A stretch of 64,000 nucleotides of DNA. Source: Eledone cirrhosa. Its lineage: Eukaryota. Location: assembly GCA_964016885.1 (NCBI GenBank), contig OZ024742.1, positions 232,624,001-232,688,000 of the forward strand, in the 5' to 3' direction. Below, in pieces: positions 12,046 through 24,943 of the stretch; the stretch's first letter is position 1, and each line of letters opens with the position of its first letter. Both the position numbers and the translations under genes were made by a program. Under the pieces are notes generated by a model. It was not told the DNA's origin, ran no database searches, and saw nothing but the letters and a program-made list of their open reading frames with translations.

Positions 12046-15000
12046 TGGGGGCAGTTGACCTCAACATAAAGCCACCAAACCGCCATTTCTTCATTAAGGA
12101 CCTTATGTGTGTGTCGGGAAGAGGTTTCCTCGCGGATACAGGAGCCTCCTGTAGTGTTTGGCCGGTCCATTGCCTGAAAGATACCCCCGTGGAGTCATCC
12201 GTTACTCTGCAGGCCGTTAATCACTCGTCTATAAAGACGTACGGACAAATCTCGCTTCCTCTCAAATTCTTAAATCTTCGTAGGGATTTTAAGTGGAATT
12301 TTACGGTTGCCGATTTGCCATACCCTATCTTAGGAGCGGATTTCCTCCACAACTTCTCTTTGACTGTGGACGTCCGTGGCCAACGCCTGGTGGATGACAT
12401 CACCGGTTTTTCAATTCGTGGCCGGAAAGCCAATGCTCCAACAGTCAGCCCCATATTCTTCATCGCTGCCGCTGGAGACGCCTACCATTCGTTGTTAGGT
12501 TCCTTCCCGGAGCTCACCGATGGAAATTTTCGAGTCAACTGAACATTTCATTTCCACCACCGGTGCTCCAGTGTTTTCGCGGCCACGCCGCTTACCGGCG
12601 GACAAATTAAAGGCAGCACGGTCCGAGTTCGACCATATGCTGCAGTTGGGCATTATTCGACCATCTACAAGCCCTTGGGCTTCACCGTTAGACATGGTGC
12701 CCAAGACTTCCGGCGACTGGAGACCCACTGGGGATTATAGGAGGTTAAATGCTATGACCGTCCCGGATAGGTATCTCATCCCCCATCTCCAGGATTTCGC
12801 ATCGTCATTGCAGTGGTGTAAGATTTTCTCAAAACTAGATTTAGTGAGAGCCTACCACCAAATTCCGGTCAGGAAGGAGGATATTCCGAAAACGGCGATC
12901 ACAACTCCTTTCGGATCATTCGAATTTTTGACCATGCCTTTCGGACTTAGGAACGCCGCTAGCACTTTTCAGCGGTTCATCGACGAAGTCACTCGTGGTC
13001 TGGACTTCGTTTATGCTTACATAGACGATATTCTCGTCGCTAGTTCCGCTCCGGAAGAGCATATGCGCCACATGCATCTCTTATTTCGGCGACTTCAGGA
13101 TTACCGCGTTCGTGTGAATCCCGCAAAGTGTGTTTTCGGTTCCACTTCGCTAAATTTTTTAGGCACCTCATCGACGCCGAAGGTATTAGGCCGCTCCCTC
13201 AGCGAGTTCAAGCCATACAGGATTTAACTCCGCCTACTACACTTCACCAGTTGCGTCACTTCTTAGGCCTAATCAATTTCTATAGGCGTTTCGTTCCTCA
13301 TTGTGCTAATTTGCTATCTTCCCTTACTGACATTTTGAAAAATCGTCGTAAGAAGAATGAGATATTTCCTTGACACAAGAACAGCTTAAAGACTTCCAGA
13401 CTGCCAAGACAGCACTCGCTAGTTCATCTTTGCTAGCCCACCCGGTACTAGAGGCCAAGCTTTCGCTTTGTATTGATGCATCTGATACCGCTGTGGGAGC
13501 AATTTTACAGCAGTACAACGCTGGAAACCAACAACCTTTGGCATTTTTCTCAAGGAAGCTGAAACCAGCAGAAACGCCTTACAGCACGTTTGGGCGGGAA
13601 TTATTAGCCATATATCTGTCGGTGAAACATTTCTCTCATATTCTTGAGGGGAGAAATTTTACTGTTTTAACTGACTACAAACCTCTGACCTTCGCTTTGA
13701 GGGCTAAAGCCGACAGATATTCGCCCAAAGAGACAAGGCACCTGGATTACGTTTTGCAATTTACAAATGATATCCAGCACATTGCTGTCTCGCTTAACAT
13801 AGCTGCAGACGCATTGTCACGTTTGCCAATCAGCACCATCTCGTCATCCCAGGAGATCGACTTAAGTCGTTTAGCTGCAGATAAACCTGCACTCCAATCG
13901 TTGGATACTCTTTCTGCCGAGTTTGCAACTTGCATCTTCAAATACCTGCCCTTGTCGACCACCGACAGGCAGATTCTATGTGATGTATCTACTGATTCAC
14001 CACGACCATATGTTCCTGAGACTCACCGTCGAATTGTGTTCCTTGCTTTGCACAGCATTTCTCACCCAGGAATTTCTGCCACAGTAAAGCTTATAACGGC
14101 TAGATTTTTTTGGCCCAATATGAGGCGAGAAATTACTGTCTGGTGCCGTTCCTGCACACAGTGTCAGATATCTAAAGTCCACAGACACATCCGGACTCCA
14201 CTTGGTACTTTAAGTACTCCAGATGCTCGATTTCAACACATCCACATTGATATCGTTGGACCTTGGCCATTCAGTAGTGGATATTCGTACCTCTTGACCT
14301 GTATCGATCGTTTTTCGCGATGGCCTGAAGCCATCTCCTTACAAGATATTACTACTGAGACTGTAGCGCGTGCCCTGGTATCAGGGTGGATTACCCGCTT
14401 TGGGGTACCAACTACAGTCACCACAGACCATGGTAGACAATTTGAGTCTCATCTTTTCTCTGAGCTGACAAAGATCATTGGTGCTCAACGGATTCGGACC
14501 ACAGCCTATCATCCTGCTTCAAATAGAATGGTGCAACGATTCCACCGCCAATTAAAGGCCGCTCTTCGCGCCTATCCAGGCTCTCAACGTTGGAGCGAGT
14601 ACCTTCCTATTGTGTTGTTAGGAATTCGGTCATCAATAAAGGAGGACCTTGGGTTCTCCCCGGCCGAATTACTGTATGGTGCTCCTCTAGCGTTGCCTGG
14701 GAAAATGCTTGTCCCTGTTGATCTTGCTTTTCAGGACCCTGTTTCCTACGTATCTCGTTTGCGCTCCTATTTTCAGGACTTACCGCCCATGAATACTGGG
14801 AAACAAACTATTAAAGCTTCAGTCCCGAGCGATATTGTCTCGTGGACACATGTATTCGTCAGAAACGGTGCGGTTACTCCACTCCTCACACAGCCGTACT
14901 CTGGACCCTACCGTGTGTTAGCACGTACTGACAAACATTTCACAGTAGATATTAAGAGGTCCAAGAGACAATTTCGGTGGATAGACTAAAAAGGGCATAC

Positions 15001-15140
15001 AATGACGCTCATACACCCGAGCCTCAAATACTCCAATCTTTCTCTCTTGTGCATACACCTGCTCCTTCTGCCCCACCTTCACCTACATACAAGACCACGA
15101 CCCGTACGGTCGAAGTGTCCACTGGCCCAAAAAACTCTGC
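12045..15140 (+). pseudogene. pol: pol (protease, RT, RNase H, integrase), frameshifted
   Basis: ADTGA; YIDDIL; DASD; HHCC region and HIDIVGP integrase core; GPY motif; split over ORFs 12045, 12520, 13128 and 13370. Confidence 0.92.
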
Positions 15141-15767
15141 CAAACTGTTTTCATGTGAACTGGCCACTGGAGCCTTTTTTTTGTTTTTCTCTTTATTGTA
15201 TTACTATTGTATTACTATGTATACATGTACCTTTTCGTTACTATTTCATGCCTGATTTATACATGTACCTTTGCGTTAATATTTCATGCCTGTGCTGGGA
15301 GCCCATGCTTCTGGGTTCGCTACAGTTACCTTCGGGCTTTTCGCCTATCGTCTGGAGGAGGGTACTGTAGCGGCCCCTTACGGCTGTAACTCAGCACGTA
15401 TAAGAGTTGCGTCCCTTTGTGACGGTCGCGACTCCCAGTGGCAGATCCATGTACTAAATGGAGTTGCGTCCCCCTGGGGACTATATATTTGAGGACATCA
15501 AGGCATTAACTCTCACTTCCTGCGCCGGCAACCGAAAGGACCACTTGAACCTTACCAAGAGAAGATTTCTGCTCTCTCTTCTCTACACGCTCCAGTCTGG
15601 GAGTTGTGACCAACTGACCATCAACATGTGGTAAAAATTATTTCTATTAATTTATTTGACTTCTGTGAAGTAAAACCATGTCACAACACTCACCTGCATT
15701 TATTGTCATTCTTAATAATATATATACACTGATACCAACATTCTAAAATGTTATTGTTATTATTTTT

Positions 15768-15927
15768 GGCAGTATCGGTAGAGCGCCGGACATGCTTCGC
15801 GGCACAGAGCTATGCCTCTTTACGTTCTGTGTTCAAATCCTGCCGAGGTTAGCTTTGCCTTTCATCCTTACTGGGTCGATAAAATAAAGCAAAAATTGTT
15901 GGCCTTGTTCCTAAAGTAGAAACAATT
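15768..15927 (+). mobile_element. tRNA-derived SINE
   Basis: GGCAGTATCGGTAGAG head plus conserved body. Confidence 0.8.
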
Positions 15928-16019
15928 GCCGTATTTCGCGGCGTCGAAGACGCTACTTTTTTCCTAAAATAAGTCTAAAAAAATCTGGGCTTAGACACAG
16001 GCTGGGATTGTGTGGGAGT

Positions 16020-17082
16020 AGCTGATAGGAGCAAGGGGTGCAACAGCCTCATGTACATGATAAACCAGTTCCAACTGTCAGACAAGTACCGACTTGATAT
16101 CCCTAATGCGCCAGTGTGGACCTGAACCAACCACATAGGGTCATCTAGATCGTATATACCTGTTCTTTTATTAGGTCAGTAGATAAGGATAGTATAGGTT
16201 GTCCACATTTTCAAATAGTCGCTTATTCAGATCACAAATTTGTGATCTGCACGGTCGGTGTAAATAGGACACGCAGGTTAGGACTTGGTTACTAGAAGCT
16301 GAACATCTCGTTCCCGGCACGTAAAGCTTACAGAGACTGGGTCACCACTTCAGTTAAGTGTAAGTTGACAGGGGGGGGTCGTCAACAACAGGTGGTGGGG
16401 GCTCTCAAAAGAGAGATTAGAGTAATGTCGATGTATTAAAGATATAGCGGTAGAAAACATAGTGAGGAGGGGGAGCTCGTAGCTAAATTAGACGAGGCTA
16501 TTGGTAGTAGCATTGTGATTGGCGTGCTAGCGGCGAAAATGGCATTAGACCATTTCTTCAATTCGAAACACGAAGATGCATTGTCAGAGCTAAGGTATGT
16601 GCTCTAAGAAACGAGGGTACGAAAGCTGTTCGATGGACCCGTGTGACGGAGGCGCAGCGTGGTAACAAAACTACGATTCGGTCATTGACGGACCGAGACG
16701 AACACGTGCTGAACGATTCCAGACAGATGCGTGCGGTCTTTCACCAGCACTTTGCTCGACTTTTCGCGGGGGTCGGGGGGTCGGAGATGGTGGAGGACTC
16801 CAGTTCCTACCTCGACTGCCTCTCGCGACTCTCCCCAGGCGATGCTGAGCGCTGCGAAAAGCCGATAACAGCAGCTAAGATTCGGGATACCCTAGTCTGT
16901 TGCACGAGGCGCATATAATCCGGTTTCGATGCTCTGCTCTGAGTTTTACGTAGAAATGCCAAACTTGTTCTCCGATCTCCTTGAAAGGGTCTACTGCAAC
17001 TGGCAGCAGAACGGCAGTATTCCCAGTCCTGTGAGCCGCGGCGTAGTAACACTGATGAGGAAAGTCGAGAACAAGAAGGATA
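16020..17082 (+). mobile_element. Tx1/L1-like LINE, 5' part (interrupted by Gypsy)
   Basis: ORF 16643-16918 and LMRKVENKKD, which continues after the Gypsy TSD as DNIVNFRPI.LNTEFKILTKVLAKRL. Confidence 0.75.
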
Positions 17083-20000
17083 TATAGAAAGGATGAGAAG
17101 TTAAATGTTACCTATATCTTTTTATAACTGCAAGTTAAAATCTTCTAAGGATCTTGTTTTTTTACAAACGATATAAGAGAAATACCTTAGTCGATGAGTT
17201 GGTTGCTTCTTATTGGTAGTGACATGCTTCTGACTTCCAGGATATAAATAAATATCTCTTTAACGCTCAATTTTCTATAAATATATTTTTTATTGTCGAA
17301 AGGAATATAGTAGGAGTGATTCTGTAATAATTCTTCACACTTCCGTAGTCATCTCCTGGTCTCCCGTGTACTGTGGTTTTTCACCAGAGAGAGTGACCAT
17401 GTATGCATGCGCGATTTACCATTGGTCAGTTTAACCTTATTGCATATGAAAATGTTGCTATTGCAAGGTACGACGTAGTTCCACTACATCACCCTCTGCT
17501 TAGACTGGAAAGCAGTCGATAAAAATGAGGAGAAAATGTCTGCAAAGGGAACATAAGTCATGCAAAGCAAATACAAAAATGAGGAAAAAATAAAAATAAA
17601 ATAGTTTATATGTAAATTGTTTTACAAAGTTTCTAGGTCCAATGAACATGACGACCACTTCGAGTTGTCGTGATGTATGTTGAAGGTAAAGGAATGTTTG
17701 TATGTGATTGTGGTGTTTGCGGTGGTGCTTGTATTGATACATTGTAGGAGGGTCGAGTATGAGGCTCTGGTGTGAGAGTATCTGTGAAGGCCTGCTTTAG
17801 TCTGTCAATAGAGACTGTGTCTTTATGTCAATTAAAGTCAATGGTGAAATGTTTGTCTGTACGTGCAAGTACGCGATAGGGTCCAGAATAAAGTGGAGTG
17901 AGAGGAATTCTCAATGCGTCATTTCTGACAAAATCATGGGTCCACGAGGCAATGTCCCTCGGAACCGAAGATTTAATGGCTTGTTGCCTAGTGTTCATAG
18001 GAGGCAGGACTTGAAAATACAAACGCAACGGGTCACATAGAATGTAGGGTCCTGAGTAGCAAGGTCAACTGGGGCAAGCATCTGACCTGGCAGAGATAAT
18101 GTAGTGCCGTACAAAAGCTCGGCTGGAGAGAATCGAAGGTCCTCTTTAATTGAAGTGCGGATACCACGTAGTACTATGGGGAGGTAGTCGCTCCAATGTA
18201 GAGTATCCGGATAGGCACGCAATGCGGCCTTTAACTGGCGATGAAAACGCTCTACCATTCCATTAGATGCAGGGTGGTAACTGGTAGTCCTGATGCGTTG
18301 AGCGCCGATGATATTTGATAGATCCGTGAAAAATTGAGATTCGAACTGCCTACCACGGTCTGGAGTAATAGTGGTGTTTATACACCTTCGACTTCTGACA
18401 AGACAAACAGGAACGTGGCCAAGCAGTGATATCACGTCTCTTATTCGGCCAGAATAATCTAGCTGAAATGAGTTTCACTGTGGCAGAAATTCCAGGGTGT
18501 GCCAAACTGTGTAGAGAGTCGAAAACTATTCGACGATGAGTCTCTGGGACCAGAAGGCGAGGTGAATCTGTCGCAGTATCACACAGAATCTGAGAGTCCG
18601 AAGTGGGTACAGGAAGGTATTTGAATTTGTAGGTTGCTAATTCAGGTGAAGAGAGATCCAACGACTCTAGGGTGGGCTGTTCTGCAGCCATAAGATGCAA
18701 GTCAATATTCGCAGGCGCTGACAAGGAATTCATGGGCAGGTGAGATAAGGCACCCGCCGCTGTATTTTGTTCACCAGGTATATGACAAATGTCATTCGTA
18801 AACTGGGATATGAAGTCCAAATGACGAGTTTCTCGAGGTGAGTATTTGTCTGGATTGGAATTAAGTGCGAAAGTAAGTGGGCGATGGTCAGTATAGATCG
18901 TAAATTGTCGGCCTTCCAGTGAATGCCGAAAGTGTTTGACTGCAAGGAAAATGGCTAACAGTGCGCGACCGAAGGTGCTATAGCGGGATTCGGCGGGCTT
19001 TAGCTGCTTTGAAAAGAAAGCAAGAGGTTGAAGCTGTTGTTGGTGATGCTGTTGCAATACTGCACCTACCGCTGTGCTTGATGCATCAACAACCAGCGAA
19101 AACTGGGCACCAGATACAGGGTGTGCAAGCAGAGATACGTTTGCTAAATTCTGTTTAGCTTTGGAGAATGCTTCGAGTTGCATGGGTCCCAAAGCGATTG
19201 GTTCGTTCTTCTTTCTGTTACACAGGAGATCAGATAGTGGAGCTAAGAGTTCTGCACAATGCGGGATAAACCGACGATAATAATTTAGGAGGCCCAGGAA
19301 CTGCCGCAGCTGTTGTAAGGAAGTAGGCAGAGGGAGTTCTTGAAGAGCCTTCACTTTCTCAGGAAGTGGAAATATTCCTTCAGAGTTAATCACGTGGCCT
19401 AAAAAGACGAGTGAAGCAGCGCCGAAAATACACTTCGCAGGGTTAATACGAACTTGGTACTGCCTAAATCGTTCAAACAGTTGGCGGAGGTGCGAGATAT
19501 GGTCCTCTGGTGAAGCACTCACGATGAGAATATCGTCGATGTAACAATATACAAAATACAGGTCGCGGACGACTACGTCCATAAATCGCTGGAAAGTACT
19601 AAGCAGCATTGCGTAATCCAAAAGGCATTGTTAAAAACTCGAATGCACCGAAAGGTGCAGTGACAGCAGTTTTAGGAATGTCCACAGGATTCACGGGAAT
19701 TTGATGATATGCTCTGATCAAGTCCAATTTCAAAAAGATCGTACATCCGTGAAGTGAAGAAGCGAAATCCTGGATGTGAGGAATTGGGTAACGGTCCAGC
19801 ACGGTGATCGAATTTAATCGCCGAAATTCTCCAGTGGGGTGCCAGTCTCCCGAACGTTTCGGTACCATGTGCAAAGGCGATGCACACAGATTGGAGAAGG
19901 GCGAATGATACCCAACTGCAGCATATGGTTAAACTCTGCCTTATCCGCTTTCAATTTTTCCGGAGAAAGGCGATGCGGCGTGAAAAAACTGGAGCACCCT

Positions 20001-21581
20001 TAGTCTCAATAAAATGCGTGGTAGAGTGAGTAGGGGTATCTACCACAAAGTTCAGATTAGTTAATTCCGAAAAGGAATGCAAAATCGCATGATACGAATC
20101 ATCCGAAGCAGCGATGTAGAAGACTGAATTGATAGACTGGATTACTGAAGTACGTCCAGGCGCAGAAAGATTCGTAGTTGCGTCCAATAAACGACGTGTC
20201 CGCATATCAACCATAAGATTGTAATGATGCAAAAAATCGGCACCCAGGATATGGCAAATCAATTATTGTGAAAATGCATGAGAAATCTCTACGTAAATCC
20301 AGGTCCAAAGAGCGAGAGATTTGTCCATACGTAGGGATAGTAGAATATTTTATTGCTTGTAGTGATATCTCTGAGAGAGGAGGTTTCTCTCTCAAGAGTT
20401 TTAAAGGCCAAATGCTGCAAGACGCACTCGTGTCGATGAGGCAGCGTGCATGCGAGAATGAATCTGTAATGAAAAATGCACGACTTTCAGTACTGAATTG
20501 CAGAGAAGACGTCGTGCTTAATTCTCCGTTACTTCGTTTCCATGGTGTGAAAAAGAACAAGGTTGGATACATTTATGAGCAGAGGCTCCGAAACCGCTAT
20601 GGTACCAGCACGCTTGTGATGGTGAAGGTTGGAAACAACGATGTGAAGATTGCGGGCGATTTCGCAACCGTTGTCGGAGAGATCGTAATCTGGATAAACG
20701 AGGAAGTTGTACCTCCTTCGTTAGGTCACGGATGGCCTTGAGTGTGGCTTCGTTGGTCGAGGTAGCGCTAGCTGAAACTGATGCGACGGGAGAAGGTGAA
20801 GAATTTGTTGCAAGTCGTGATGGGGTAGCAGTGGTAGAATTGCCGGAGTACTCCAAGATTTTATCAGCGGATGAAGCCAACTGATCCACCGAACTGGTTT
20901 CCGTCATTGCTGCCAAAATGGCTTGGACATTAGGAGGCAGCCTTGCCATTGCAGGAGATAGACGCTTGTAAACGTCACCGCAATAGTCGTGAACAAAACA
21001 TGTAAAAAACATTTCAAAGTTCTGTAGTGTCATTGCCACAGTAGAGAGTGTGCTTGTGTAGGCCAAAGTGAAAGCGCGGGAACCAGTGAGGAAGAAGAAA
21101 GTGAGACGCCATGCTGGATAAAAATGTCATGTGCGAAGAAAGAAAAAAATATTTGTTATAGTCGGGCCACCATTTTATAGAAAGGATGAGAAGTTAAATG
21201 TTACCTATATCTTTTTATAACTGCAAGTTAAAATCTTCTAAGGATCTTGTTTTTTTACAAACGATATAAGAGAAATACCTTAGTCGATGAGTTGGTTGTT
21301 TCTTATTGGTAGTGACATGCTTCTGACTTCCAGGATATAAATAAATATCTCTTTAACGCTCAATCTTCTATAAATATATTTTTTATTGTCGAAAGGAATA
21401 TAGTAGGAGTGATTCTGTAATAATTCTTCACACTTCCGTAGTCATCTCCTGGTCTCCCGTGTACTGTGGTTTTTCACCAGAGAGAGTGACCATGTATGCA
21501 TGCGCGATTTACCATTGGTCAGTTTAACCTTATTGCATATGAAAATGTTGCTATTGCGAGGTACGACGTAGTTCCACTACA
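17083..21581 (-). mobile_element. Ty3/Gypsy LTR retrotransposon (CsRn1-like), defective
   Basis: LTRs 17083-17488 and 21176-21581 near identical; TSD GATA; PBS TGGTGGCCCGAC; gag CX2HX9CX3C motif (CWYHSGFGASAHKCIQPC); YIDDIL; GPY. Confidence 0.95.
17800..21066 (-). pseudogene. gag-pol, frameshifted, with part of the integrase core deleted
   Basis: ORFs 20518-21066, 20207-20572, 19951-20262, 19599-19874, 18350-19621, 17995-18435 and 17828-18028 are colinear with the element at 10287. Confidence 0.9.
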
Positions 21582-22956
21582 GATAATATAGTTAATTTCA
21601 GGCCCATAGTTGAACACAGAATTTAAGATTTTGACCAAGGTGTTAGCGAAGAGGTTGGCGCTTGTCGTCGAGGGTATGGTAGGGAATTCGCAGACTTGTG
21701 CAATCCCGACCAGGTCCATACACGACAAACTCCACCTCATGCGATACATCATAGAGAGGGTTGGGTGTAAACCTGGATTCGGTATGGCTTTAATCAATTT
21801 AGATTGTAGCAAGCTAATTTCCTTTGGCGCATTGATACGCTGTCTGTGCGTGATTTGGCTAAGTCAGGCCAATCGTTAGCCGCGCACGGATATGTATTTT
21901 TACTTCCGTCCAAACCGAGACTTTCCCGCGACTTTTAATAAACTAATTCTCTTTGTGCTTTGGCCGTGGTAAGGTAAACAACTATTTTGCTTTTACTCCG
22001 CAACCATTAACCAATATGTAATACAACAGTGTAACCATGGGCCTGGCTAACACCTGTTACAACAAACTACATATTGTCGTCGACATCATTTTGCATATTG
22101 CTTGGGTGGTGACATAATATTATCATTTTATATAGTTTTAAAAAGGTGACTAACAAATGACTGCTATATTGGTGACCTCTGTTGATACAAATATACAACT
22201 ACACAAAACACAAATACTCATGGGCTAGGTCGCTGAAATGCACAGCGGCATCTGTTCGGTGGTCAAAGTAAATGGCTATCTTTCAGAACCACCAATACGC
22301 GCAGGGCTATGAAGCTGTCATACACGCACTCGTCCAGTGTCCGAGTATCGCTGGCTTGTGGGTTTATCGCTAATACCTGCTGTCAAGTGTGGGACGGATC
22401 CGACTGTCAACTGAGTCCATCATCAAAATCACCCCGCCGCCCTTCCTTAGCCAGGAACGGCAGGCTGCTTTTGTCTGTCTGGTGACCATGGCGAAAGAGG
22501 TCGTATGGTAGACGTGTCTGAAAGGGCTGAAGACGGGCACTTTCCTTTTTGGCAGCCCCCTGATAATCTTCTTCGGGTTTCAATTGAAGAGTAAAATAAG
22601 GGTGGAGAAGGAAGTGCTGCCTTCAAAGCAATTTGTTGAAAGGTAGGCGAAAGAGGCGAGAATGGCCCGAGTGAATGAGCCTGCTAGATTGCTGGTAGAT
22701 TGAGGGAGGACACCTGGGAGAGGGCACTTGCCCTGGCAGTCAGAGTGACTGTGGCTTTTGTGGGCTATCTCCACGAGTAACCCTCGGAAGTATCCCCGCT
22801 ATTGGGAATTTTCTTTTGTTTCTTTCTTTTTTTTTGTACGTCCTTTGTTTTTGTTTTATGCTCACTTTTTACACGCAGAAACCCACATTGTAGCGTCCTG
22901 TGCTGTCTTTGTATTTTTTATGTAAACCTTTTGAGGTCAATGAAGAAAACGTTATT
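21582..22956 (+). mobile_element. Tx1/L1-like LINE, 3' part (interrupted by an orphan LTR)
   Basis: ORF 21610-21879 RT; resumes ~22225 (VVKVNGYLSEP); T-rich 3' end. Confidence 0.7.
21805..22180 (+). mobile_element. Orphan 5' LTR plus PBS of a third CsRn1-like family
   Basis: TGTAGCA...TGCTATA inverted termini (21805-22168), then T and TGGTGACC PBS. Confidence 0.65.
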
Positions 22957-23142
22957 GTGAACTGGCAGTATCGGTGGAGCGTCGGACACCATGCTTTGCA
23001 GCATAGTTACGGCCCTTTACGGTCTGAGTTCAAATCCCGCCGAGGTTAACTTTGCCTTTCATCCTTACGGGGTCGATAAAATAAAGTACCAGTAATGTAC
23101 TGGGATAATTGCTGGCCTTGTGCCAAAAGTAGAAACAATTAT
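22957..23142 (+). mobile_element. tRNA-derived SINE
   Basis: Head, B-box-like motif and body all present. Confidence 0.85.
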
Positions 23143-23414
23143 TTGCATGACTATGAAGACTGACAATCAATTTGCGGATTTTACCAATTTCCAAAGTCGT
23201 TCAACCAATCTTACATCTAAGATGTTGTGCTCTGCTTGCATGCACACAAACTTTTAAAGAACCTATTTGTATGATAGGAAAATTATCTCTCACCAAGGTT
23301 CTCCAATAATTCACTGTGTTATTTGTGTGGTAGAGATGCGTATATTCTGTGGGTGTTTAGATGATAAATTTTCTTTTTAATGGTTCTCTTCTTGAAGTAT
23401 CATGATACAGTGAA

Positions 23415-23935
23415 ATCGCGTGGCTTAATGGTTGGGGTGTCCGGTCCACAATAGTAAAGTTGTGAAATATGATTCCGGTGAGCAAGACATTAATTCACGT
23501 TGCTCCAGTACACTCAATGAATTGTACCAGTAATTCAAAAAGGTCCTGTATCACGCTGGGTCTCCTTGAGAACTATGTTAAAGATACACGTGTTTGTGGA
23601 ATGCTCAGCCATTTGCACGTTAATTTCACGAGCAGGTCGTCCCGTTAATTGCATCAATTGAAATACTCACCGTCGGAATCGACGCTGGTCTATTTTTTCT
23701 TTTTTTTTTTTAGATCGGTCGACAAGATCCCAGACTTTATTCGCTTACCGAGTTGAGTGGAACTCATCAAATCGAACCAAGGAAACAATGTTTCCATTGC
23801 TGATACTATCTACTGGTCGCAACTCCTGGCAGAAAGAGCAACGTAAAATAAAGTGTCTTGCTCAAGGACATAACGCATCACCCAGTCAGGTAATCGAACT
23901 CACAAGCTCACCATTGCGAATCCACGTGCCTTCAC
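23415..23935. mobile_element. Fragments of a second SINE family
   Basis: GCGTGGCTTAATGGTT head at 23418; AAATAAAGTGTCTTGCTCAAGGACA motif shared with 45150, 51710 and 58500. Confidence 0.55.
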
Positions 23936-24943
23936 AATACATCATGATATAACCTGGTCGTAATTTGTTTTCAAATCAAATAATACACACTCAGAAACAA
24001 TGATTAAATCAGATTGAAATCGCATTATGTTCAGAAATAGCATAAAATGTCTATGTTTAAACGTAGACAAGAGCAGTATGTTAAGCACAATAGCACACTG
24101 TTACATCTTCCATATCCCACTTTATTTCAGTCCCCTGGACATGCTAACAATATATTGACTTAACCTACTTGTACCCATTTATTTCCATCTCTAACCACCA
24201 TCTGTATTCTATCTTCTAAATTCCCGTACCACCACCCGCCATCTGTTCGTTACAACACTGTCTATATCTAGAATTCCTCACCCCAAGCGGATATAGCTCT
24301 AGAACTCATTTGCCCCAATTATTAATCTACCTGCTAGAATTTAGACTGAAAATGTTGTGTATGTGTGCACTTCCGTTTATTTATTTTTTTTTTTTTTTAA
24401 ATAATATAAAAAACGAGTGAATAAATAAAAAGTTTTGAGAAGCCGAAGAAATAGATTAATAAACAAACACATTTATAAAGGATTGAAATGTTCAGAGAAT
24501 AAATTACTTTTAAACGCCATTAATATGAAATCAATAACAGCTGTGGTAACTGTGGGTATGGTGTGGTGTGCGGTGGCCGGAGGTTGGGGAGTGCTCGACC
24601 GGAAGAGTGTTTGACCGGAAGGGTGCTTGACCGGAAGGGTGCTCGACCGGAAGGGCCAGCAGGTCTGCCTCTCTCAGCGAACGTGGTGGACGTCAGTTTT
24701 GGAGTTCCCGGTTAATGAGTTGGATTGTACGCACGTGGGAGAGGAGAAACCAGTCATTGGATTAGCGGTGCCAGCAATAAGCGGTAAGTGAAGTAGCTTT
24801 TTCTAACCACAAGCTATTTCGGCACTGGAAAATGATATCTGATTGATCAAAAAAAAGAAAAGAACTTTCTCGAAAACAAAGCTACTGGAAAACAGAGAGG
24901 AGTCTGTTGTTTTTTATTACTTACCGCAGGACAAAATTCGGAT

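Larger units (their letters stand above)
10287..15747 (+). mobile_element. Ty3/Gypsy LTR retrotransposon (CsRn1-like), full length but defective
   Basis: LTRs 10287-10664 and 15366-15747 near identical; 4-bp TSD ATGT; PBS TGGTGACACCGA (tRNA-Trp-like); PPT GGAGGAGGG; gag-PR-RT-RH-IN order. Confidence 0.95.

Noticed and set aside
17052-17065. CTGATGAGGAAA
   Set aside because: Coding sequence of the LINE (LMRK); no hammerhead stems
24590-24655. Short repeated GACCGGAAGGGTGCT units
   Set aside because: Tandem repeats inside an LTR; no spacers or cas genes, so not CRISPR
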